Positions 1-13,351 of a stretch of DNA of 64,000 nucleotides are shown piece by piece. Under the pieces are notes generated by a model. It worked only from the letters and a program-made list of their open reading frames with translations. It had not been told where the DNA came from and ran no database searches. Every line of letters begins with the position of its first letter. Positions within the stretch are counted from its first letter, which is position 1. This DNA is from the human T2T-CHM13v2.0 reference genome, Homo sapiens. The position numbers and the translations under genes are program-made. Location: assembly GCF_009914755.1 (NCBI RefSeq), contig NC_060930.1; one strand, given 5' to 3'.

Positions 1-427
1 ATATTAAATTAACCCACCTTTACTTTTAGTGAATGAAAAAAATACTTAGTAGTATGACTTAATTTTCTTACTGCTACTAGTATGTGATTTTCTTATTTCA
101 GTCCACATACTGCTTGTCTTAAAAGATAACTCACGATATAATTCCATCAAAGAGGATAGTATAAATTCTCTAAATGTTTGTTTTAGATTTAACCATAGCT
201 TTCTCTTTACATTATCTATCCAGCTCTTTTACTGAGGGATTTTGATCTTCTACTCATTGGAGGAAACTTTTCCATAAAACCAAAAGCATAACTCCTATCT
301 GAAATTGTTTATTTCTTCAAAAACATTTATTGTATACCTAAAGCATTCAATTCATTAATAAGGAATCTAGTGATAGGGTTGTTTAATGGGTGAAAAATGC
401 ACTTTCACTTTCAAACCAATTGAATAT

Positions 428-777
428 TGTTGTGGTATGAATGTATCCCCCAAAATTCCTACATTGAAATCCTAATTCCCATGATGGTATTAGAGAGTGG
501 GCTTTGGGGAGGTTATTAGGTCATGGGGACATAGCCTTCATAAATGGGATTAATGTCTTTATAAAAGAAGCCCTAGAGAGACTCCCTGTTCTTTCCACAT
601 GTGAGGATATAGATAGAAGGTGCCCTTTATTATCTGAAAAGTGGGCCCATATCAGACACAAAGGCTGTCTTAATCTTGGACTTCCCAACCTTCAGAATAT
701 TAAGAAATAAATTTTGTTTGTTTATAAGGCACCCAGTTTACGGTACTTTGTTATGGGAGCCCAGATGGATGGAGACA
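428..777 (+). mobile_element. MLT1A/MLT1A0-type MaLR solo LTR
   Basis: Runs from TGTTGTGGTATGAATGTATCCCCCAAAATTCCTACATTGAAATCCTAA through ATCTTGGACTTCCCAACCTTCAGAA...AATAAATTTTGTTTGTTTATAAG to GAGACA, matching the MLT1A layout. Confidence 0.8.
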
Positions 778-1360
778 GACCTATAATACCTAGATCAGTA
801 TTTTTTAAAGCATGATGCATGGATGAGCTTCATTTAGGACTACCTACAGGTGTTTGTTAATAGTGATTGCTATGGCCTTACACTGGGCTTAATAAACCAG
901 AATACTTAAATTCAAAACCACTGCTGAGCATGCCACTGCATGTAGAAAGGTGTGAGAGCCACTGAGTTAGAAAGAAAAATGATAGATAGTAGATAATCTA
1001 TATTTAAGTCATTTTCTAATCACAAGCATTTATAATAGATTTGATAATAGTCTGTAAAGAAACGTCTTAGGAAACTAGTCCTGCTATATTCAGGCACCTC
1101 TGCAAATTTTCCACACATCTAATACTTAGTTCCTTGTGCTAATCCTGTTTCATTAAAATATTCTTAAAGAAATTTGTTTGCATATTATTATTGAAATGGT
1201 TCCCAAAATATCTCTATTGAATTACTTCCTTTTCAAAGTATTTTAAAAGAGCAATGATGTATTTTTCTCAGCACACTAACCATCAAGACCTGTTTTATAT
1301 AACCAAGAGTGTTTTAAAGAAATAAATTATGTTTGCCTAGCATCACCCAACTCCATCAGC

Positions 1361-1521
1361 CAAGACCAGGCACTTAATTTGCAAGTTCTAGTGCAAAATA
1401 GATATGTGCAACTACTTGTTCATTATTTATTATTCATTTCAAAGTGATGGTATCAGAGCATTAGCAGAACCACAGGGCCCTGTAAGACTGCACAGGTTTT
1501 TAATCCATGAAGTTGTCCTTG
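1361..1521 (-). mobile_element. MER45A-like hAT-Tip100 MITE
   Basis: CAAGACCAGG...TAATTTGC...AGTGCAAAAT...GGGCCCTGTAAGACTGCACAGGT...CCATGAAGTTGTCCTTG resembles the reverse complement of MER45A. Confidence 0.65.
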
Positions 1522-1618
1522 CCAATAGAATACTCATGTGACTTCTACTAGTGAATGACCAAAACATGGTTTAGAAAAAAAAAAAAATTCAAGACTTCAT
1601 TAAAAAAATAAGATATTT

Positions 1619-1915
<297 letters not shown>

Positions 1916-1955
1916 TTATATAATATTTATGTTGTTTAACACCTAAAATTTTTAA

Positions 1956-2280
<325 letters not shown>

Positions 2281-2325
2281 AAAAGTAAATCTTAAGTTAT
2301 ATAATGCTACCTTTAGATTGTATTA

Positions 2326-2412
2326 ATTTTATTTATTTATTTATTTTTCTGGTGAAAAATATGTATATTTAGAATTATCCAGCTAGACTCAGTGTAAATG
2401 ATCCCAGTTTTA
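2326..2412 (-). pseudogene. RPL23A: Severely 5'-truncated RPL23A processed-pseudogene fragment (last codons, 3' UTR and A-tail)
   Basis: Minus strand reads AAAACTGGGATCATTTACACTGAGTCTAGCTGGATAATTCTAAATATACATATTTTTCACCAG then (AAAT)n. This matches the recalled RPL23A mRNA end AAAATTGGGATCATCTAAACTGAGTCCAGCTGCCTAATTCTGAATATATAT...CTTTTCACCAT (C-terminus ...KIGII*). Confidence 0.75.
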
Positions 2413-3922
2413 TAGGACAATTTCTTGAAGAAAATCACTTATGACAATTGATTACTTTGGTCAATTACTTATTTTAAAATGAATTTTCTATCTTTTAACC
2501 CCTTTTTACTCAACTCCAAACTTGTTCTAACCAAATGAATCTAGACTTGTAGAATACTGTTCCCATATAATAAATACTTAATTTGGCAGAAAATAGAGAC
2601 AGGTGATACCGAGGTAGATCTTTGACTTCCAGGTAATATGGAGCTTAATATCTCAGATCCAATGTTCAATCTCTTAATAAACACAGACCAAAAATGTGTA
2701 AAACAGGAATACTAATGCAATACAGCCAAATTAAGTGGTATTTAACACAGTTTCCTCCTATTTTTCTTCTTTTGCCATCATAAACACATTTTTAAAATTC
2801 CACTGTTTCTAAATACATACTCCTCTCACATGTTCCACATGGAGACATTTAAATAACTATGTAGTATGGGTAAAATAGAATAACCCTTAAGATCTCTGCC
2901 AGCTGGCACTGAAATGAACCTTCAAAATCATTGTTTTCCCTTCTCTGAAGGACTCCCTGAGGATTACATTGAAAACAATTCTGTCTTGCTGTCTAACATA
3001 GTTCATGCATCAACTCTAACCTACAGTGACACAGAAGAATTCCTGCAGTGTATTACCCTGAATAATCCACAATGAACATTCAGAAGACAATTTTAACATT
3101 CATGTTCTACATATATAACATGTATGTTGGGATCAAGATTTATCAATGTTTATCAATATATGCTATAGTGGATAATAGCTTAGGAAAAATATGTCTGGTA
3201 GACCCGACTAAATATATGACTGCATGTAATCAAATTATATGCAGTCATATAGCAGTTCAAACAGTTACATCAATAACTTACACTAGCACTTACTTTACCA
3301 TATTAAGTATTATGGTTTAGAGAGAAAATGGAAAGCATGCTGTGATGTTTAAAGTATTCTACTGGAAATATTTGTTATCTTTTGCCTTGTATTCTCAAAT
3401 TGATGTTTTCCTTGTCATTATGTCTTTACAGCAATATTTTATCTGATACTGTGTCATAGATTAGCCCTCATTCTTCAGATAAGTGACATTAAAATACTTT
3501 ATGTTATCTATGATTTTTGAAACAATGGACTTTGAGTAATTATTATAAAAAATTAAAATTTTTCTTTATAAATTTAAACAGCTATAAAGATACTATTTCT
3601 GGCATATTAAAAACTTTTTCATCTCCAAACAAAACTATCAATTAATTTTTAAAATGTAGCCAATTAAATCTAAATACCAAAGTGTTTTGTTAGCTACTAT
3701 CATCTATTTATAAAATCCTGAATGACTGCCTCCCTACCAGGCAGAATATTTACATTTTATCTTTTCTTTTTATTTTTGCACTTAAATTAACTCACAATGA
3801 CTTCATCCAAAATAATATATATCATTTTAAAAGATCATTGACTACCCAAGCATGGAGAAGTTTAAGAATAATCTTCAAAGATCAATTTCCTGTGACCATA
3901 AGCTTCAAAGGGTTAAATTTCT

Positions 3923-6223
3923 TTCAAATTTTTTTATTTCAATGGTTTTTTGTTACATGGATGTATTATATAGTGGTAAATTGTGAGATTTTAGTCCACC
4001 CCATCACCCCAAGAGTGTATGTTGTACTCAATATGTACTTTTTTATCCCTCATCTTGCCTCTCACCCTCTCCTTTCTGAGTCTCCAAAGTCCATTATATC
4101 ACTTGGCATGCCTTTATGAATTCATAGCTTAGCTCCTACTGATAAGTGAGAACATAGAGCATTTGGTTTTCCATTCCTGAGTTACTTCACTTAGAATAAT
4201 AGCCTTTAGTACCATCAGAGTTGCTGTGAAATACATTATTTTGTTTATTTTTATGGCTGAATAGTATTCCATGGTGCATATATACCAGATTTTCTTTATC
4301 AGCTTATTGGTCGATGGACACTTAGGTTGGTTCTATATCTTTGCAATTGTGAATTGGGCTGCAATAAACATATGTGAGCACATGTCTTCTTCATATAATA
4401 ATTTATTTTCCTTTGGGTAGATACTAAGTAGTGGGATTGCTGGATTGAATGGTAGACCTATGTATTTGTTTGTTTTCATGCTACTGATGAAGACATACCC
4501 AAGACTGGGCAATTTACAAAAGAAAGAAGTTTAATAGACTCACAGTTCCACGTGGCTGGGGAGGCCTCACAATCACAGCAGAAGGTAAAAGGCATGTCTC
4601 ACATGGCAACAGGCAAGAGAAGAGAATGAGCGCCAAGAAAAAGAGGTATTCCCTTATAAATCCATCAGATCTCATGAGACTTACTACGGAAGAAGAGTGT
4701 GGGGGAAACCACCCCCATAATTCAATTATCTCCCACTGGGTCCCTCCCACAATATGAGGGAATTATAGGAGGTAAAATTCAAGATGAAATTTGGGTGGGG
4801 ACACAGCCAAACCATATCAATCTACTTTTAGTTCTTTAAGGAATTTCCATACTATTTTCTGTAGAGGTTGTACTAATTTACATTCCAACCAGCAGTGTAT
4901 AAGTGTTCCCCTTTCACCATATTCATGCCAAAATCTGTTGTTTTTTGACTTTTTGATAATGGCCATCTTTGCAGGAGTAAAGTGGTATCTCATTGTGGTT
5001 TTAATTTGCATTTTCCTGGTGATTAGTGATGTTCAGCATTTTTGTCATGTTTGTTGGACAGTTGTGTATCTTCTTTTGACAAATGTCTATTCATGTTATT
5101 TGCCCACTTTTTGATGTGATTATTTGTTTTTTTCTTGTTGATTTGTTTGAGTTCCTAGTAGATTCTGGATACTAGTCCTTTGTCAGATGCATAGTTTACA
5201 AATCTTTTCTCCCGTTCTGTGGGTTGTCTGTTTAATTGACTGATTATTTACTTTGCTATGAAGATTTTTAATTTATTCAGGTCTGATTTATTTATTTTTA
5301 TTTCTGTTGCATTTGCTTTTGGGGTCTTAGCCATGAATTCTTTGCCTAGGCCAATGTCCAAAAGAGATTTTGCAAGCTTATCTTCTAGAAATTTCATGGT
5401 TTTGGGTCTTAGATTTAAGTCTTTGATCAACTTTGAGTTGATTTTTCCATAAGGTGAGAGACAGAGATCCAGTCTCATTCTTTTACATGAAGCTAGCCAG
5501 TTTTTGTAGTAACATTTATTTAGGTGTCATTTCCCTAATTTATGTTTTTGTATGCTTTGTCGAAGACCAGTTGGTTTTAAGTATTTGGCTTTATTTCTGT
5601 GTTCTCTATTTTGTTCCATTGGTCTATGTGCCTACTTTTATATCAGTACCATGCTGTTTTGGTGATTATACTGTTACAGTATAACTTGAATTCAAGTAAT
5701 GTGATGCACCCAGATTTATTCTTTTGACTGAAAATGGCTTGGGTTATTTGGGCTCTTTTTTGGTTCCATATGAATTTTATGATAGTACTTCTAATTCTGT
5801 GAAAAATAATGTTGCCATTTTCACGGGAATTACATTGAATCTGTAGATGGCTTTGGGCAGTACAGTCCTTTTCACAATATTGATTCCTCCAGTTCATAAG
5901 CATGAGACATGTTGAAATTTGTTTGTGTCATCTATGATTTCTTTCAGCTGTATTTTGTAATTCTCATTGAAGAGATCTTTCACTTCCTTGGTCAAATATT
6001 CCTAGGTATTTTATTTTTTTTTTGTCACTGTTATAAAAGGGATTGAGTTCTTGATCGAATTCTCGGCTTGGTTTTTATTGGTGAAAATTAATTTTGCAAT
6101 CCGAGACTTTACTGACCTCATTTATTAAACATAGGAATCTTTAGAAGAGTCTTTAGTGTTTTCTAGGTATACAATCATATCATGGGTGAATAATGATAGT
6201 CTGACTTCTTTTCCAATTTGGAT
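3923..6223 (-). mobile_element. L1PB-type LINE-1, 5'-truncated (3' UTR plus ORF2 C-terminal part), split by a THE1 LTR
   Basis: L1PB-like 3' UTR. Minus-strand ORFs [17 protein letters not shown]..., LDLCLSPYGKINSKLIKDLNLRPKTMK... and [11 protein letters not shown]... are ORF2 remnants. TSD AAAGGGTTAAATTTCT (3907) / AAAGGGTTAAAATATCT (6224). Confidence 0.93.
4461..4819 (-). mobile_element. THE1-family solo LTR inserted in L1PB
   Basis: TGTATT...GACTCACAGTTCCACGTGGCTGGGGAGGCCTCACAATC...GGGTGGGGACACAGCCAAACCATATCA; 5-bp TSD ACCTA/ATCTA. Confidence 0.93.
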
Positions 6224-6470
6224 AAAGGGTTAAAATATCTGCTGATTATCATGACACTTAGAATTAGTGTAAATTGATTAAAGCATCATTAGTATATTAT
6301 AATTGCTTATAATAATATGTTTTTACACTATTATTAAAATAGTTACTGTAATGTTTTTGTTATAATGCATCCATGTATTCGTTGATGAAATTTACTTATT
6401 TTTCAGGTAATGTTCAACATTATTTCTCTTACTATTTTTTACATTTTCTGAGCATAAGCACTGAGAAATC

Positions 6471-6503
6471 ATATATATATATATATATATATACACATAC
6501 ACA
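6471..6503. repeat. (TA)n/(CA)n microsatellite
   Basis: ATATATATATATATATATATATACACATACACA seen directly. Confidence 0.9.
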
Positions 6504-7159
6504 TGTTGCATATTTAAATAATTGTTACATCAGTTATACCAATGTCACTGCTGTAACCTCCTTCTGGATTATGTAAGAAAAATGATATAGTGTAGACTTA
6601 GCAAAAAATATTTTTAATCATCTATCAGCTAACAAACTCAAGTTTTCAAATTAAGACACCATCAGACTTGAAAAAGAATACTTTTTGTTGTCCAATGTCA
6701 ACATAAATATTACATCTACCTTGACATTCTCTGACCTCTCAGACTTGGTTATTTTATCTACACTTCTACACCACTGCAATGCTCTATCTTTCTCAACACA
6801 TATATGTCATCTAATAAATGATCTGTCCTCCTGTTTAAATATTAAACTTCTTAAATACAAGGACCATGTCTTATTTATGTATGTTAAATGAATAAAATAA
6901 TGAATTAATGCAAGCCTGTTTTACTACACACATTTATAAAAGCTCAAAAGTGACACAGGAAATATTTTAATGCCATAACACTCTTTATGTTGTTGATTTC
7001 TTTCTAAAATGAAGTTATTTATTCAGCATTAAAATATACCATATCTATTCTTGATTACATGCTGCTAAATTGAGATATATAGCTTTGAATTTCAGAGGTC
7101 ATTTATTTGTAGTGGCTTCTGATTTTAATTGAAAAGCAACATTACACAAATTTATTAGA

Positions 7160-7390
7160 TAACAGCATGTTGTTGTGATTAAGATAATAGATCCTGAGGT
7201 CAGACAGATTTCCTGCCATGGACTATCTGTGTAAGCTTGGGCAAATTACTTAATCTATGTTTCAGTTTCTTCATCTATAAACAGGCAATAATAGCCACCA
7301 CATCAGGTTGTTTTAAATATTAAAGGAGATAATAAAAAATTAAGTCATTAACTTGTGTTTGCCTGGCAGATTGTAAGTCTTTAGTAAATG
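7160..7390 (+). mobile_element. MIR SINE
   Basis: MIR core TGTGTAAGCTTGGGCAAATTACTTAATCT...TTTCAGTTTCTTCATCTATAAA. Confidence 0.75.
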
Positions 7391-7732
7391 TCTTTGTCAC
7401 GTTGGGCTGCCATAACTAAATATCACAGATGGTGGCGTGAACAACAGACATTTATTTCTTATAGTTCTGGAGGTGGGAAAATCCAAGATGAAGGGGCTAG
7501 AAGATTCATTTACTGGTAAGGTCCCTCTTCCTGGCTTGCAGACCTTGTCTGCTTGTTTCTGTATCTTCACATGGTGGAAAAAGAGAGAGAAAGCTCTTCC
7601 TCTTATAAGGACATTAATCCTATTAGGAGAGTTCGGCCCTCAAGACTTCCCAAAGGGCCCACCCCCAAACACAATCACATTAGGGCTCCAACGTGTGATT
7701 TTTAGGGGAACACAAACATTTGGTCTACAGCA
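7390..7732 (-). mobile_element. MLT1A-type solo LTR
   Basis: GGGCTGCCATAACTAAATATCACAGA...ACAACAGACATTTATTTCTTATAGTTCTGGAGG...GGGGAACACAAACATT. Confidence 0.8.
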
Positions 7733-9153
7733 GCAAATAATACTTATTCTACTGTTATTACATTTACTATTACCACCACTATTACCATCATAACTAATGT
7801 GAATAGTGCTTCATTTTACCTCATGTGTATGGCCAATCCTGTAAGCACAAACAAACCCAGCAGAAGATAATGTAATTGTGGCTAGAAAGGTAAAAAGAAA
7901 CATAATAAAATTCCCCATATAGCATATACGGTAAATTATAGCACCAAATAGCAATATAATTCATGAGAACATCTACAGTAAAAAGCAGGTTCAGTGACTG
8001 AAAAATTGAGCAAGCCAATGAGATGAGGCATAAGGTGAATCTTGAAATAAAACCTTGCACTTAATACCTGGCCTATTCTCTGTGCAATTATGGCCTTTGA
8101 AATCTTAGTGTAATTTTGCATCAATGTTGTAATAACAATATTTTCTTTGTAGGGCTACTGGTCTCTAGGGAAAGTGCTAAAGATAAACTTCTCTTTCCTT
8201 TTATTTACCCTTCTTTCTCTTTTTTTTTTCCTGTCTTTAAAGTAAATGTGACTTACAAAGGCAGGTTTGTGGGGCTGAACCTGAGGCTTATGCAAATGCA
8301 CATGTGTGACAGGGGCTAATAGAGCATTATATCAGAACCTAAGGGCTCAGTTCCATTTTCTCTCTTCTCATTTGAGATTCATCACTTTTTTATTACAGAA
8401 AAATGAGCTCAAAAAAGTTGAAAGACATATAAGTTCCATGAAATCTCCATTAGAGCAGAGAATTTATTTTGTTCCTGGCTGTAACCTTAAAACCTGGAAG
8501 AGTAGCTGGCACATATGAAGCATTCAAAAAATTTCTGTTGCTTTAATAATGACATAACGTTTTATTTGTGGGTTTTACATGTATCTTGTCAGGCTTTTTA
8601 ATGATCTACTTTATGAGACGAAGAGCTATATCCAGAACTGAGTATGAAAATGTCTCTAAATAATCAATCAATTCATTCATTGATTTACTCATTCTTATCC
8701 ATTTATTATTAATCACTTACAATGATAATGCCATAGCTTTTGTGCATAATTACCATATTTTTCAGTTATTCACAAAAAATAACCTATTTTTATTATAGGA
8801 ATAAATGGTCTATAACTCAAACTTAATTATGTTTGATGAATTGCAACAGGTAAAGAAAGAGCATTTAATTTTGAATATTCAATCTTTCTCCATTATTCTT
8901 AAAAGGGATTCATTACAGTCTGAATTAAATTGGTTGGCAATAACATTATTATCACTGCATATGCATTTTTTTTTCAAAGAGCATCCTCTAGATTCACTTG
9001 ATGCATGGAAAGAACCTATGATATCTATTTTCCTGGTTTTAGAAAGGCCTAAGTCTTTCCAGGAAAGATAGAAATTTAATTACAAGTAGTTAAATTTGCC
9101 TCTACTTCAGGGTTCTAGGTCAAATCATTTTTCAAAATACAGTTTTAATTCAC

Positions 9154-9362
9154 TTTATTTTTTAATTGATAAATAAATAATTTTATGTATGCATAGGGTA
9201 CATAGTGATGTTTTCATATGTATAACACATGGTAATCAAATCAGGATAATGAGCATATCCTTCATCTCAGAAATTTATCATTTCTTTGAGTTGGGAACAT
9301 TAACTATCCTCCTAGCTATTTGAAGCTATATAATATATTATTGTTAACTATTGTTAGTTAAC
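9154..9362 (-). mobile_element. L1MA-type 3'-end fragment
   Basis: TTTTTAATTGATAAATAAATAATT...GGGTACATAGTGATGTTT...CAAATCAGG...CTAGCTATTTGAA...TTGTTAACTAT. Confidence 0.7.
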
Positions 9363-9477
9363 TACAGACATCTCTTTTAAATAATTATTTGTGTAGTTTG
9401 AACATATATTAGAACATTAGCTGTACATTGTTTTAAGAATCAAGAAATTCACCCATTAGAGAAATAATCATTACTTG

Positions 9478-10120
9478 ATTTTTAAAATTTTATGACGAGT
9501 AACTTAAATATAGTAAAGTAAACATTCGATTGACACCTAGACTAACTTTTACAAGATAAAAAACATTTTGCAAAATTACAGAATACGCCCTTTCAATCAG
9601 TAATCTTCCAAAGTAAATGCTGTTTTATCTACTACCATATATTGGTTTTGCCTGCTTTTGAACTTCATGCAAATGGAATCACACACTGTATTATTTTATG
9701 TTTAGCTTCTTTCATTCAACACTGTGTGTTAGATTGATCCATGCTATTATGCATAGACTTGCTTTGTTATTTTTGTTTTGCTGTTTATAATTCCATTGTA
9801 TAAATATACCTCCATGTATATATCCATTTTACTATTGGTAGATATTTACATTATTGTAGTCCAGGCTATTATGATATAGCTACTATAAACATTTTGTGCA
9901 TAGTTTTGTTTTTGTTTTGTTGTTGTTGTTGTACACATGCACTGATTTCTCTATATATGTACCCAGGCTTCTAATTTCAGGGTTCATAAGGTAGGCATGT
10001 GTTTCATCATAGAAACTTCTGCCCAACGGGTTTTCAAAGTGATGTGCTGATCAGTGTATGCTCTCACCATCAATGTACAAGATTTCCACGTTGCTTTACA
10101 TCTCCATCAACACTTGAAAT
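9478..10120 (-). mobile_element. Old L1M (L1MC/ME-type) 3' region, left part of the host element
   Basis: GTTTTGCCTGCTTTTGAACTTCATGCAAATGGAATCA...CATCTCCATCAACACTTG; the sequence resumes in register at 18696. Confidence 0.75.
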
Positions 10121-10184
10121 AGCTAGGTACTAAATGTTTGTGTACCCCCAAAATTCATATGTTGAATCTCTAATCCTCAATATT
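10121..10184 (+). mobile_element. MLT1A-type LTR, 5' part (interrupted by L1)
   Basis: AGCTAGGTACTAAATGTTTGTGTACCCCCAAAATTCATATGTTGAATCTCTAATCCTCAAT corresponds to the MLT1A start. Confidence 0.75.
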
Positions 10185-11083
10185 GGAAGTAGAGCAAGAT
10201 GGCAGATTAGAAAAGCTCCACCGATCATGCCCCCTACAAGTCCACCAAATTAACAACTATCTACACAGAAAAAAACACTTTCGTAAGAACCAAAACTCAG
10301 GTGCCCAGTCAGTCCCATGTTTTAACTTCATATCACTGAAAGAGGCACTGAAGAGATAAAAAAACAGTCTTGAATTATCAACAGCACCCCCCACCCTGCA
10401 AATCCCAGCAGCTGCAGCATGGTGTACAGAGTGTCTCTGGGTGCTGGGGAGGGAGAACACAGCAATCGTGAGGCATTGAACTCAGTGCTGTCCTGTTAGA
10501 GCAGAAAGGAAATCTGGACCAAACTCAGCTGATGCTCATCCATGGAGGGAGCATTTGAACCAGCCCTAGACAGAAGGGAATCACTGATCCCAGTGGTCCA
10601 AACTTGAGTGCTTGCAAACCTCACCACCAAGGGCTACCACACTCTGAGTCTCCAAGTAAACTTTAAAGGCAGTCTAGGTCATAATTGTAACTTTTAGGCA
10701 AGTTTTAGTGCAGAACTAGAACCAGAAACAGTGGATGAGGGGGCATGCGACATACTGAGATGCCAGCTTGGGCAGCCAAGGCTGTGCTGACATCACCTCT
10801 CCTCTAACCCCAGGCTGCAAAGCCCAAGGCTCTAAAAGATTTCCCTTCATTCTGCTTGAGCAGAGGAGAGGGAAGGGTGAGGACTTGTCTTGCATCTGGG
10901 ATACCAGCTTAGCCACAGCAAGATAGGGCACTGGTCAGAGTAGTTCCAGATGACATTTCTAAAGCACCCTAGGCCAGAAGGAAACCCACTGCCTTGAAGG
11001 AAAGAACCTAGTCCTGGCAGCATTTATCACCTACTAACTGAAGAACCCTTAGATCCTGAAAAACCAGGTACTACATCAAGGAC

Positions 11084-11631
11084 TGTATTAGTCAGGGTTC
11101 TCTAGAGGTACATAACTAATAGGATATATGTACATACAAAAGGGAGTTTATTAAGGAGAATTGACTCATACATTCATAAAATAAAGTCCCACAAAAGGCC
11201 ATCTGCAAGATGAGGAGCAAGGAAGCCAGTGGAGGATCAGTCCGAGTCCTAAAACCTCAAAAGTAGAGAAGCTGACAGTGCAGCCTTCAGTCTGTGGCCA
11301 AAGGACTGAGAGGCCCTGGCAAACCACTGATGTAAGTCCAAAAGTCCAGCTGAAGAATCTGAAGTCTGATGTTCAAGGGCAGGAACCATCCAGTATGGGA
11401 GAAAGGTGAAGGCTGAAAGACTCAGCACTTTTGCTCTTACATCATCTGCCAGCTTTATTCTAGCCACACTGGCAGCTGATTAGATGGTGCCCACCCTGAT
11501 CAAGGGTGGGTCTGCCTTGCCCAGTCCACTGACTCAAATATTGATATCTTTTGGCAACACCCTCACACACAGACCCAGGAACAATACTTTGCATTCTTTA
11601 ATCAAGTTGACTCTCAATATTAGTCATCACA
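11084..11631 (-). mobile_element. MLT2A-type (HERV-L) solo LTR
   Basis: TGTATTAGTCAGGGTTCTCTAGAGG...GATGAGGAGCAAGGAAGCCAGT...CAAGTTGACTCTCAATATTAGTCATCACA; TSD AGGAC/AGGGC. Confidence 0.9.
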
Positions 11632-13084
11632 AGGGCCTTGGCGAGCTTCTGTGACTTGCTGGCCTCAGCAAGTCTGACTCAGCACATTTTGAGCCACACT
11701 GCAGCTGCAGTGGCTATGGCACAAAACTCCTTCTGCTTAAGCAAAGCAGAGGGGAAAGTAAAGGGGACTTTGTCTTGCACCTTAAGTACCAGTACAGCCA
11801 CAGGGAATAGGATACCAAGTGGGCTGTTGGGGCCCCTGATTCCAGGACTTGACTCTTGGACAACATTTCTGGACCTGCCCTGGGCCAGAGAGGAGCCTAC
11901 TGCCCTGAAGGGTAAATACTGGGCCAGAATGCATTCACAACCTGACTTAAGAGACCTTGGGCCTTAAGAGACCATCAGCAGTAGTCTGGCAGTACTCCCC
12001 ATGGCTGTACTTATCAGTGGTGGTGGCTATGGGATGAGGCTCCTCTGCCTTTGAAAACGGGAGGGAAGAGGGAGAAGGACTGTATCTTTTGGGTTGAGTC
12101 ACAGATCAGCCGCAATAAATTAATACCAAGTAGATTTTTAACATGGTTTGACTGTGTCCCCACCCAAATCTCATCTTGAATTGTAGCTCCCATAATCCCC
12201 ATGTGTCATGGACGGGACCCAGTGGGAGGTAACTGAATCATGGGGGCAGGGTTTTCCTTTGCTTTTTATGTGATAGTGAATAAATCTCATGAGATCTGAT
12301 GGTTTTATAAAGAGCAGTTCCCCTGCACATGCTCTCTTGTCTGCCACCATATAAGACATGACTTTGTTCCTCTTGCACCTTCTGCCATGAGTGTGGGACC
12401 TCCCCAGCCATGAGGAGCTGTGACTCCATGAAACCTCTTTATCTTTATAAATTACCCAGTCTTTGGTATGTCTTTATTAACAATGTGAGAAAGCAGGGAC
12501 TAATACAGTAAATTGGCACTGCTGTAAACATACCCCAAAATGTGGAAGCGACTTTGCCACTGGGTAATAGGCAAAGGTTGGAACAGTTTGGAGGGGTCAA
12601 AAGAAGGTAGGAAAATGTGGGAAGGTTTGGAACTTCCTAGAGACCTGGAGGGCTCAGAAAACAGGAAGATATTGGAAAGTTTGGAGCTTCCTAGAGACTT
12701 GTTGAATGGTTTTGACCAAAATGCTGATAGTGATATGGACAATAAAGTCCAGGCTAAGGCAGTCTCAGATAGAGATGAGGAACTTATTGGAAACTGAAGC
12801 AAAGGTGATTCTTGCTATGCTTTAGCAAAGAGACTGGCAGCATTTTGCCCCTGCGCTAAACTTCTATGGAACTTTGAACTTGAAAGGGATGATTTAGGGT
12901 ATCCGGTGGCAGATATTTGTAAGCAGTAAAGCATTCAAGAGGTAACTTGTGTGTTCTTAAAAGTATTCAGTTTCATTCGTTCACAAATATATGGTTTGAA
13001 ATTGGAAGTTATGTTTAAAAGGGAAGCAGAGCATAAAAGTCCAAAAAATTTGCAGCCTGATAATGCAATAAAAAAGAAAAACTG

Positions 13085-13319
13085 GGCCAGGCACGAAGGC
13101 TGACACCTGTAATCCCAGCACTTTGGGAGGCTGAGGCAGGCAGATCACAAGGTCAGGAGTTTGAGACCAGCCTGGCCAATATGGTGAAACCCCATCTCTC
13201 CTAAAAATACAAAAATTATCTGGGCCTGGTGGCAGGCACCTGCAGTCCCAGCTACTGGGGAGGCTGAGGGAGGAGAATAGCTTGAATCCAGCCTGGGCGA
13301 CAGAGTGAGACTCTGTCTC

Positions 13320-13348
<29 letters not shown>
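13085..13348 (+). mobile_element. AluS with ~45-bp deletion in the right monomer
   Basis: GCTTGAA joins directly to TCCAGCCTGGGCGACAGAG; long A tail. Confidence 0.93.

Positions 13349-13351
<3 letters not shown>

Noticed and set aside
10855-12135. Recurrent GAGGGAAG...GGACT.TGTCTTGCA...CAGCCACAG units, also at 47070-47755, resembling a spaced repeat array
   Set aside because: These are internal subunit repeats of this L1 family's 5' UTR and recur in both copies. They are not CRISPR-like: no constant repeat or spacer length, and the context is eukaryotic.
12588-12700. ~55-bp direct repeat (TGGAGGG..CA.AA...GGAA.GTTTGGA.CTTCCTAGAGAC) in the THE1 internal region
   Set aside because: As I recall, this duplication is a feature of some THE1-int subfamilies rather than locus-specific, and it has only two units, so it is not an array.
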